A stretch of DNA of 64,000 nt from Camelus dromedarius. Lineage: Eukaryota. The stretch covers positions 2,606,001-2,670,000 of the forward strand of contig NC_087438.1 in assembly GCF_036321535.1 (NCBI RefSeq). The letters run 5' to 3'. Below are positions 23,151 through 33,240 of this stretch, piece after piece (position 1 is the first letter of the stretch; each line of letters opens with the position of its first letter). Made by a program: the position numbers and the translations under genes. Below the pieces are notes generated by a model that searched no databases, was not told the origin of the DNA, and saw only the letters and a program-made list of their open reading frames with translations.

Positions 23151-23997
23151 TCGAGGGGTGCCGCTTCGCGCCGCGAGCTCCTGCAGGCAGAAGGAGCCTC
23201 CCGCCCGGGAGCGTCGGCCAGCGTGGGAGCCTGCTGCCGGGAAAGGCAGAAAGCCACGGGCAGAGCTGGGCCAACGGCGGGGCCCCAGAATTAGCCCTGA
23301 GCTATTGAGGCGGAGGGGACCCTCAGTCTCCTCCTCACATAGCCCGCTTACGTCTTTTGTCCACTGCGGGACTGGGCAGAGGGCAGCATCCATCCTCTTT
23401 CCCATTCAGGCCAGGGGAGCCCTGGGCAGAGCCAGCACATCAGGGAGACATGCCCTGCAAAGTCAGTTATGTGAAAAAGGACGGAGGGAAACGTGCGCAG
23501 TGTCTTGTCGTGACCCAGGCCAGGGAGGGGCCAGTTCTCTTATTAAAGCACAGGTCTGTTAGTTTACAAGAAATAGGGTCAAGGCCATTACCTTTTGTCT
23601 TGCTCCAAAAAAGGTTTTTTCATGGAAAACAGATGTAGGTCTTTGGAAGGGAATTCATCTTTACGATAAAAAGAGGTGTTTGATTTCAAGCATTTTGGAG
23701 TAATGTGGGCTAAGCTAAGAATGAAAGTGTCTCCCAAATTCTCAGGAGACCAAATCTTTTCTCCCCGCCCTTCCCTGCCCTGCCTGCTCCAACACACAAG
23801 CACACGCAGGGCCTCCCATCACCGCAGCCCCCAAATTATGCCAGAGGTAAGACCAGATCCTGGAGATGAAGATCAGTTACTGCCTGGAAGGGACAGATGT
23901 GTGGGGGCCTTAGGTCCCAGGATGGGAGAAGCATGAAAAGAAAAAGGGAGGAAGGAGAGGAGGAGAGGACGCGCACGTGGGGGGGAGGTGCGCACAT

Positions 23998-23998
<1 letters not shown>

Positions 23999-24030
<32 letters not shown>

Positions 24031-24039
24031 ACACACACA
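23999..24039. repeat. (CA)n microsatellite, interrupted once
   Basis: Read directly. Confidence 0.95.
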
Positions 24040-24303
24040 ATATGAAGATCAAGGGATGACGAGAATATAAACTGAGCTGTCCTCATCTTCCCCCATACAA
24101 GTCCTCACCAGCTATGTTTGTAACCGAGCAGGACCCTATTGTCATCAAGGACCATCTGAAATCTGCAATGTTGTTTGCAACTGCTTAGCTCTACAATGGT
24201 TTAAAGGGTTTTTCTCACACTCTTGCTGAGCAGGGTTGGGCTGGAGAGGAGAGAGTTTTGTGGTCCACCAACCGCCTCCTGGTGCTGAGTGAAGGGTCAT
24301 GCT

Positions 24304-24363
24304 CAGTGCCCTGTTTTTGCCCCCAGCACCCTGCTCCTGACCCCAGTGCCCTCCTCTTGACCC
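24304..24363. repeat. 20-bp tandem repeat x3
   Basis: cagtgccctgtttttgcccc / cagcaccctgctcctgaccc / cagtgccctcctcttgaccc. Confidence 0.8.
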
Positions 24364-24445
24364 CTTGTGATTTCCTTGTATCCTGTTGTTTGAGGGGAAG
24401 ACCTCAGCCTGCTTAAAAGGCTAGAAACTTATCAACCTGACTTTA

Positions 24446-24604
24446 TTTTTTATTTAAAAAAAAACTTTTTTTTTTTTTTGTGGAGGGAGGTAATTAGGTT
24501 TATTTATTTACTTTGTTTGTTTGTTTTCTTTTTATGGAAGTACTGGGGATTGAACCCAGGACCTCATGCATGCTAAGTACACACTGAGCTATACCCTCCC
24601 TACC
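24446..24604 (-). mobile_element. tRNA-derived SINE (camelid Vic-1-like) with TSD
   Basis: Minus strand reads gggagggtatagctcagtg..cttagcatgcatgaggtcctgggttcaatccccagtac, then an A-rich linker, aaacctaattacctccc and an A tail. ATCAACCTGA is duplicated at 24431-24440 and 24605-24614. Confidence 0.92.
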
Positions 24605-25869
24605 ATCAACCTGAGCTTAAGCTGCACAAGTTTCTCTCTAGAGCCCTTTTCCACAGAGCCCCTTCCTAAGCATCCTTTGTTCTAGGAACAAGAACATTAA
24701 GAGGGTCCCAAAGCCAGAGGCGAACTTCATACCCAGCAGAGGGACCTGCCAGTGGGATGTGAGCTGAAATGGCTGATGAGAAAGAAAAGGTTAAAACAAG
24801 AAGGAGCCATTTGAATCTTAGCCAGAAGTGTTTTCATGTCTGCCTGGGGTGAATGGAGAATTACCACCAGGAGAACATCTGAGATGTTCTTGGCAAGGAG
24901 ATTCCCAGGTCTCCATGTGAGCCCGGCCTGAAGCAGCCCACCCCCGACACCGGTTCACCCAGCAGGAATCTCCATCCTGAGGCCCGCCTTTGGGTCTGCT
25001 GTCTCCCTGGATGTAACTCATTTTCTGCGGCCCCTGAAGTATTGCTTTATGTCTTCCGAGTTACCTTAACCAGAACAGAACCCAGCTGCTTAGTGGCTTC
25101 CGTCTGCATCCGTGCTGAAGCACTTTGGTGTTGTTGATGATAATGGTATCCGTGGGGCCGAGGATGACTCATCCTACCCTCCCAGCCCCGCCCACCATGT
25201 GTTATGGATACTGTAGAATTTATACAGTGACATCGCTCTGCTTCAGATCAGGAAGTCAGGAAACAAAGCAGAGTGTTATGAAACATGACTAATTACCATG
25301 CTGTTCTCCAAATCGCTTCATTTTGTCTTAATCGTAGGCTGGCCCCCTTGCAGAGTCCCTGACCCATCTGCTGCGTCGTGACTGTGCACGAGGAGGAGGC
25401 GGCATAGATTTAGCCGTGGGTCACAGGGCTGGGGCCCCACTTGCATGAGCAGCTCGGCTCGCCAGCCCCACCAAGCCATCTAGGTAAGGGGGTGTTTCAA
25501 GGGCTGACTGTAGCAGGGGTTTGCCGCCCAAGCAAAGCCCACGGCTCCACCTGCAGTCACAGTGGGACGCGTTCGGGAGGTGGTGCCTGTGATGACGGGG
25601 TGCTGTGCACCACTCTGGTACCTGCTGTGTGGTTGGGAGCAACACCGCTCAGTGGTGCTAAATGCTGCATGCAGTGCTGGTCCTGCCAGAGGAGGTAACA
25701 TGCCAACGTCTGCTGAAACTGCAGCTCCCTCCTCGCTGACCCAACACTCAGGCTCCCTCTGCCCTATGCAGCCACCACGTGTTGCAGGCTGAGTGAGTGC
25801 ATGAACCAAAGGAGCTCTTCGCCACAGGTTTGAATGTGTAACTCTTGGAACATCTCATCATAACTTTTT

Positions 25870-26061
25870 TTTCCTTTCCTTTTTTTTTTAATTGAAATAT
25901 GTTTGTTTTACAATGTGTTAGTTTCTGGTGTGCAGCGCAGTGATTCATTTATATTTATATATATACACACACACACACACTCCTTTTCATATTGTTTTCC
26001 ATTATAGGCTGTTGCAAAGTACTGAATATAGTTCCCTGTGCTGTACAGTAGAACCTTGTCT
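25870..26061 (-). mobile_element. LINE-1 3' end with TSD
   Basis: Antisense L1 end (ttaattgaaatat..tacaatgtgttagtttctggtgt..atagttccctgtgctgtacagtag). Flanks ATCTCATCATAACTTTTT (25852-25869) and ATCTCACCACAACTTTTT (26062-26079) are 16/18 identical. Confidence 0.92.
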
Positions 26062-26939
26062 ATCTCACCACAACTTTTTACAGCTGAAATGTGCTCTGTC
26101 ACTATAACACCTTCCAGGCTGCATTTTGTTTTAGATTTTAGAAGATGATCGCTAGTGTTTGGGCTAATAGCTTCAGTTTCTGGAAACTTTTTTGTAGTGT
26201 GATATGACGTGTGTGCACAATGGATGATGATCAGGTGACATCGTGTGGGTTACAAGGCACGTTAGACGCCTTCTTAACTCAGAGAAGGACTCAGAAGAGA
26301 ATAAAGGAGAACACCAGGATGCAGCTAAACATTGCTTTTTGCCCATCTAGCCTAACTTTTGAAAAGTTTCTGGCAGTCTCCTTGAAAAATTTACATACAT
26401 CTTGAATGTTTGCCTGACAAATACTAGTAACCCAACATGATTGAGAATGACCTGGGTGTTAAACGTCAAATATCGAGGTTAGTTAAGGGAAATCTGACGA
26501 AACCCTAAACTTTGTTTGGAGATGGGGGGGAAGACAGCGTTTTCTGACATTAAAATGGCTCAGAAGCCTTTCCTCTGTCAATCAAAGATGCTCTGAATGG
26601 CCTGGAATTCATTTGCCATTAGCAGCTCCCTGGGGGCAGCAGCTAGAGCACATGCTGTTTTCAAATGTAAATGTCTCTGGTATTTCGAACACGTGGTGAA
26701 TTTTGTTTTCCATCCTCATGTATCCAAAACCACCAGCGTCTGCTGTTACCATAGCTCCTATCAAGTGGTTTTGTTAAGTACCGTAATCATGGAGAAGTAA
26801 TGAAGGGTTTGCTGGATCTGGTTTCATTTGTGACCCATGTGTGTGGGGAGTTAGCAAATGCCAACTGCGTCAGGGCCCTGCTGGCTGCCAGGGCTCCGGC
26901 CCAGGACTCCCTTAAACGTGTTCTGAGATGGTTCTGATG

Positions 26940-27050
26940 GACTGAGTCACTCTGCCACCATCATTGTTTCTAAAAATAGCTCAGCATCACGCATCTCAGC
27001 AAGGAGATGTCTCAGGATGGCTTTGCAACGTAAATGGCTATTTTTATGTG
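26940..27050. promoter_or_regulatory. AP-1 + MEF2 motif cluster (candidate enhancer)
   Basis: TGAGTCA at 26943-26949, consensus CTAAAAATAG at 26970-26979, near-consensus CTATTTTTAT at 27038-27047. Confidence 0.4.
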
Positions 27051-28792
27051 TATGTGTATAAAACTGCCAGTCAGCAGGGCAGCCAGTGACCCGAACTTAC
27101 TAACCAATGCTGTCTAGAAATCAGCCTGCTTTGGAATTGTTTCAGCAAAACAGAAGAAGTGGAAATGGCGCCTCTCTCTTAAAGGCGTTTAAAACAGGTG
27201 GGAGACGTCACATAACCCCCTTGTGACATCTGCTGTCCTTATATCCAACACACAGCCTCACGACGATTAACTTACTGCGTTTCAGGAGTGCAATCTTCCT
27301 CCCCTGTGACCGAGTAACTTCAACACTTAGCTTCACAAGTGGTCGCTTTGGGGTCTCAAGAGAGAGACGGACCAGACATGTACTGGGCCCCCGAGTGATT
27401 GCAATGGCTACAGCCAACGGGTGAATCCAAAGGAAAATCTGAGAGGGATTTTTACAGCATGTAAATGTAGTTAGAATGTGTGCACGTCTTAAAGCAAGAG
27501 GTGTCTGAACAATGAAAGATCATCCTGCAACCGTATCGGTACACGTGTAACTCTTAGGGACTCACAGACGTCCGTGTAAAGCTGGTGACAGAGAATTCAC
27601 TCCTCATGCATGGCGCACGATGTCAGGACAGTGACGTGACTGTCCCCCAGCCGCGCTTCCTCCCGCAGGTGGCGGGCTGTGCGGAGACCTAGTGCCCTGG
27701 GCCCCGACCCCGTCCCTGTCCTGGGAGAGGCAGAGGCCCGGTGCCTGTAAGCAGGCCACCTTCTCGCTTTGTCCCCGTCTTTACTGCCTTGCAGTTTCCT
27801 TGCAAGTTTTCCTTGCAAAACTCCTACGGCAGTTGAAGGAAACAGAAATCACAAGTGAAGTGTCTTTGACTGCGCTGTTTAATTTACTCGCATTTGATTC
27901 CTCACTGATCCTGGCTGCTCCACTTCCATGAGGACGGCTGAGCACGACGTACGAGAGGAGGCGAGTGGCTCCAGACACCAGGCTGTGGAGACACGGGGCA
28001 CCGCTCTACTCAAGCTGCTTCTCGGGGGGGTGTGTCCAATGCCTGAACGACCATCTGAACACCAACCGTGGAAAACTCTGGAACCTTACACTTTAGACAG
28101 CAGGTTTAACCAGGAGCAGATGAGGAGTTAGTCAGCCCCGTCGTAACTGGACGTTTGCGACGTGTTCTGAGGTGCCCACCCTCCTTGACAGGCAAAGGGA
28201 CTCACCTGTGACCATGCGGTGAGTTTCTTCTCCCTGCAGAGGAGGTGAGTCTTAGAGGAACAAGGTCTTTAGCTCCCTACCTGCCTGGCTCCTGGAGGCC
28301 GCGTCACCTGTGTCAGTCACTGTGTTGCCTCCGGTCAGGGCTCTGGTGACGGGAGGTCTGGACGGCCCCCTCCCAGCGCGTCCCATAATATGAACTAAAA
28401 ACAGCTCCTTCATTTCGTGTAAAGCCCTTACACTTGTGGGCTGGGGGACGTGTCACCTTAGCTCATCACCCACCTGTCCCTTCAGCCGGTGGAGCAGCCT
28501 GCACTGCAGGGAGCAGTTAAGCTGGGACTCCTCCCAGGGTCACTTCAAGAAATGAATGTTCAAACGCAGGGACGTGAAGGCGATATAAACAGATGTTACG
28601 CATATCCAGCCCTGACTGTGCGTGTGTGTGTCCCTTTATTAATGCACAGATGTGTGCAGATTGTACACAGGCACACATCTTAAAATGAAATGACTTTGAC
28701 CTCATTATGAGATCAACGTGTATATTTTGTCCTGTTAACTATTGAAGCAAATATAATAATGAGATCTTCTTACTTGTACTTCGTTTTCTATC

Positions 28793-29252
28793 TTTTTAGT
28801 TTTTTAATTGAAGCATAGTTGATTTAAAATGTGTCAGTCTCTGGTGTACAGCACTGTGATTCAGGTATATATGTCTTTTCGTATCCTTTTTCATTCTATG
28901 CTGTTGCAAGATGCTGAATACAGCTCCCAGTGCTCTACAGCGGAGCCCTGTCGTTTACCTAGTTCACGAACAGTGGTGTGCGTGTGCAAATCCCCAACTC
29001 GGAGTTCATCCTGCCCCTTCCCCTTCCCCCCAGACACTATAAGTTTGTTTTCTGTGTCTGTGAGTCTGTTTCTGTTTTGTAAATAAGTTCATTTGTGCCA
29101 TTTTTTTTTTTTTTTTTTTAGATTCCACATATGAGCGATCTCATATGGTCTTTTTCTTGCTCTTTCTGGCTTACTTCACTTAGAATGACGATCTCCAGGT
29201 CCATCCATGTTGCTGCAAATGGCGTTATTTTGTTTTATTTTTTATGGCTGAG
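28793..29252 (-). mobile_element. LINE-1 3' fragment
   Basis: Antisense L1 3' UTR: taattgaagcatagttgattta..ctgtgagtctgtttctgttttgtaaataagttcatttgtg..tagattccacatatgagcgat..aggtccatccatgttgctgcaaatggc. Confidence 0.95.
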
Positions 29253-31067
29253 GAGTCTCATGACTTATACTTTGGGGATGACCTGTCTTTTTATAAGCAA
29301 ACCATGCAAATCACCTGTTTTATTCCATTGAACATTAGAGTGTTTCCACGCATCAGAGTGAAAACCTGCCCCACTTAGGGAGGAGGGTTTGGATACGTTC
29401 ACTCACCTACTCAGTAGGATGAAGCCTGGGTGACACTCACGTGGTCCTTTTAAACTCACAGACTAGGAAATACTTCAGATGTCAAGGATTTCTCTGCAAT
29501 TTCATGATATTTTAAGCTAGAATTTTCAGGAAAGAGAAAATAAAATAGATTTACTATGTGTCATAATTGGGCCCAGCTTTCAACCCGTTACTTCTTCTGG
29601 GTAATGAATAGCCTGTATTCTTCCTGCAGAAATTAAGGATAAAATCCAGACCTCCTGAAACACCAGCGGAACCACCTGAACTGAAGTTCACCTTTCTCCT
29701 CCAGGCTGTTATTCCAGAAGGGAGTATTGATCAAACAGCTTTAGTACCGAATTGATCCATTCAACTCCAGAGACATTTCTTGTGAGAGTTGTATCTCTAT
29801 GAAGAACCCCAGCTCTCGTGAATTGAAGGCACCTTTTATCTAAGAAGTATTATTACCATGGAAAATGCCCAAAGGAAAGTAATTTTGTGTCTTTCAATGT
29901 ATTTTTTCTTAGACCATCTCAATAAATTAACAGTCACTTTTTTCAAAATCCTCTTTGTTCATGTTGGGCTTTTATTTATTTTCCATAGCAAAATTTGATT
30001 TATTTTTATGCATTTCAGAGGCTTTTGATTTGGGGACAAAAAGTATTCAAAACAGTTATTCCCCAAGTATAGCTTCTGGATATTATTTTATACGTAACTC
30101 TTGTCTCATTTTTATTTCTATTGTCCATAGCTAAAAATAACTTTTAGAGAGTCTTCTCTTTGAGTAGCACTTATTAGCAATGCAGAAAATAGTTGAAAAC
30201 TAGGAGGGGCGTTTTTTTCCGAGAATTCCTATGTCAGTAGGTACATATCTCTGTGAATTAATTTAGGTGAAGCCCTGGTGGAAAAACACAAGGGAAGTTT
30301 TTATGGTTTCTTTAGCTCTCTTATCTTTTTTATTTAATAAGGGGTAGTTTTTTTTTTTTTTTTTAAATATTGCTTCTGGCAGAGAGCAAGAGAGCATGGG
30401 AGAGAGGGAGGGAGGGGACAGTGATAAATGAGAGTGAAGCAACTGGAAAGTTGTCAGTTGGAAAGCTTTGCTTTTTGACTGTTCAGAGAGGAGTGAGAAC
30501 AAATCGCAACCATATTCCACTCATATCAGAATCACTCAGGTTGCTTAGAAAACTCAAGCTGTGTGTGGAGAGCTGACCACAGGGCCACCTGCCCCAGGGG
30601 TGGAGGGCTGGGTGGCCGCTGCCCAGACTCTCCATCACCTCATCTAAAGAACTCGAAGGAAGGGTCATCCAGTTTTCAGACATTTTCCATGGAAACACAT
30701 TTCTGGAACCAACTTCTTTGGCTCCAGCTGCGAGCTGTGGAAGCCAGCAAAGGCACCGATACTTCATTCACTGGAGGCTCGGTCTGGACCCAGACGAGAC
30801 AGCACGTGGCCGCCCGCAGTGCCAGGGCTGGTCCCTGCGGATGGAGGAAGCTTCGTCTTCCCTCTGCTCAGCGGTCCTGGCCTCTGGGGAAGCACTGTGT
30901 CCCCCGGCCTCTCGAGACGGGAAACGCCTTCCACAGGGACACTCAGAGCCTTGCTGCACACACATCCCGTGGTGTCGTGGTGGTCGAGGGGGCAGAGCCG
31001 CAGGGGGGGTTGCTGTGCCGGCTGGATGCCTCCGAGGGGAAGATTCTTGAGAGAGGCGTGTGACCTT

Positions 31068-31165
31068 CTCTCCTTCCTCCCCCTCCCCCACCATGTCTAA
31101 TTCTTCTAATTTTCTGCCATCTCCTTCTTCCCCTTCCTCTTCATCTCCTCCACCTCCTCCTTCAC
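31068..31165. repeat. CT-rich (CCT/CTT) low-complexity tract
   Basis: Mostly pyrimidine triplets; explains the Glu/Gly-rich minus-strand ORF. Confidence 0.75.
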
Positions 31166-32254
31166 CTTGACGTGGAAAGAGAAACTCACGTGGTAGGATG
31201 GATCGTGCCAATCCAAAGCCCTTCCTTCCCACCTGGGGAGGAGGCGCCTTGGACTGGCTCCTGCTTGCTGGCTCTGCCCACCTTGTGCTCCCCCCGCGAA
31301 GCTCTCGCACACGCCCCTGGGGCTGTTTCCCAGCCGAGATGAGCCCCTAAAAGTCAGAAGATCAGTGGGTGACCAATGGCTGGATACCCGAGTCCCTGCC
31401 CAGCAGCCTTCTCTAGGAGCGTGCTACAGTTTAGCCAAATACACACAGAACCCTTTCAACTATAAGCAGATAAAAGATTTAAATATTTCAGTCCTGTAAT
31501 CCTATAAACCATCACCTGTTACACTGATGGAAATTAAGTGGTGAACCACAGTCACTATTTACTTGCCAATTTGTAAGGAAAAAGATACAGATCGACTGGA
31601 ATGGCACCACTGCTACTCAAAAACAGTCAGGCTGCAAAACCATAGCTCTGATGGAATCTGTTATCTGTTTAACTTCCATAATGTTTTCCAACGGCTTCAG
31701 TTGGTGAGAACAGATAAGCTACCAGTATTTCTTCAGATAATGTGCAATCAATATTTCCTAGATTATATAATATATTCTAAGTGTGATCCTTCCAATTAAA
31801 AAAACTGCACAGGAGGTTTTCAAACACGTGGGCGGAAATGGGTGGAAGCCACTTGTCACATTCGGAAGAGACGCTGGGTGGGAGGAGGTCTCTCTGCCTC
31901 GCTCCGCAGCAGAGAGAGGGGGTGGAGACGGTGAACGGGAAAGGGGAAGCTCTGTGCGCTCTTTCCCAGACGTGATTTTCTGGCTGTGGGAGTCTTGTTG
32001 AATTTTACTTAGTCTATTCTCTTCAGAAATGTTTTTCCCATTGAGGTTTTTTTAATTAATGACATAAGTTTTATCTTCCATCTTTTTCATTTTGTAGTTG
32101 AGAATGTCCGGTTTTTAGAGAACTGGACACGGGACAGGAGAGAAGGGTCTCAGGGGACGCTTCCTCCAGGGCTGAGTGACAGAACCACCCGCTTCTGACC
32201 AGCCCTGCAGGGCGGGGGAAGGAGGGCTCTGGGAGACCTGGGCTGTGCTGCTTC

Positions 32255-32446
32255 GGTTAGGGTTAGGGTCAGGGTTAGGGTTAACATCAGGGCTAACGTC
32301 AGGGTCAGGGTTAGGGTAAAGGTCAGGGTTAAGGTTAGGGTCAGGGTTAGAGTTAAGGGTAGGGTTAGGGTTAGGGTTAAGGTCAGGTTTAGGGTCAGGG
32401 TTAGGTTTAGGTTTAAGTTTAGGGTCAGGGTCAGGGCTAGGGTTCG
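32255..32446 (+). repeat. Interstitial telomere-like array, 32 hexamers of TTAGGG and variants
   Basis: Parsed in GGTTAG phase: 32 consecutive hexamers with no indel, 9 exact GGTTAG, 8 GGTCAG, the rest substitution variants. Confidence 0.95.
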
Positions 32447-32779
32447 GTATGGAAAGGAGCTGCCCGGGAAGTGGTGCTTCTCGTATTTGGAAGAGAAATG
32501 TGGGGAACCAACCACCTGTGTTGCTGCAGACACCGCAAGCCTTTCCCCATTGGGGCCACGGAAGTCACTGCTGGCCGAGGCTCGGGGCGTGTATTTAATG
32601 AAAAGTCTTGAGATTCAACCCCCGAAGTGCCTGTGTTTCTCGTCCTCAGCTTCTGAACGCAGTCTGCGCAAACCGCGAGCCAGTGCTCAGACGGATGGGC
32701 TGCAGCTCCCTTCCGACCAGCCCGCGCCTCCACCTCTGCCTTTCAGTGCTCAGGAGTCTCAGGCCCAGCCCACGTTACT

Positions 32780-33240
32780 TAAAGTATCATCACTGTGAAA
32801 CCACGTAGATCTTTTCACGAATTGTAGCAGCTTGTTTATTTTCCACCACCATCGCAAGCACAGCGATTTTGACACAGTTCTATATGCAAAAGGATCCAGG
32901 CCTCAGTGCCAGCTTCTCTCGCTGGTTGACCTGCTCACGTGGGCTGGTGCACGGGCGAAGCCCCCAGCACGCGCTCGCTGAAACTCTCGGTGCTAACTGG
33001 CCCTGTAAACCATGTGTTCCTCCATTTCCATCATAAACGTGTTTTCTACTGATTTGTTGGCACTGAACTTTGTTTCAGTTACTTTTCTCACATCAGGTTT
33101 TACCTGTTGGCATGATTAAATCTGCTCTTAGACTGTGTGCCTTGCTTGAAAAGCCTCTTCCACTCTGAGACTGTAAATACGCCCCTTCACTTTCTTCTAA
33201 ACCTCGCGTGATGTTACACAGTTTCTCACATTTTAATCAT
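32780..33240 (-). mobile_element. Highly diverged L1ME-like relic
   Basis: gtgccttgcttgaaaagcctcttccactctgagactgtaaa..ctttcttcta..acattttaatc resembles antisense old L1 ORF2. Boundaries approximate. Confidence 0.45.

Noticed and set aside
24304..24363. CRISPR-like repeat array
   Set aside because: Head-to-tail degenerate 20-mers with no spacers, in mammalian DNA with no cas genes.
24119..24720. ERV LTR hosting the SINE (starts TGTAACCGAGCAGGACCCTAT)
   Set aside because: Only the first 20 or so bases resemble a recalled LTR start; I could not define its end, strand or TSD.
30768..31310. ORF with an acidic Glu/Gly stretch
   Set aside because: Translation of a CT-rich low-complexity tract; no homologous protein recognised.
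32150..32533. ORF with an (LT)n repeat
   Set aside because: Translation of the CCCTAA strand of the telomere-like array.
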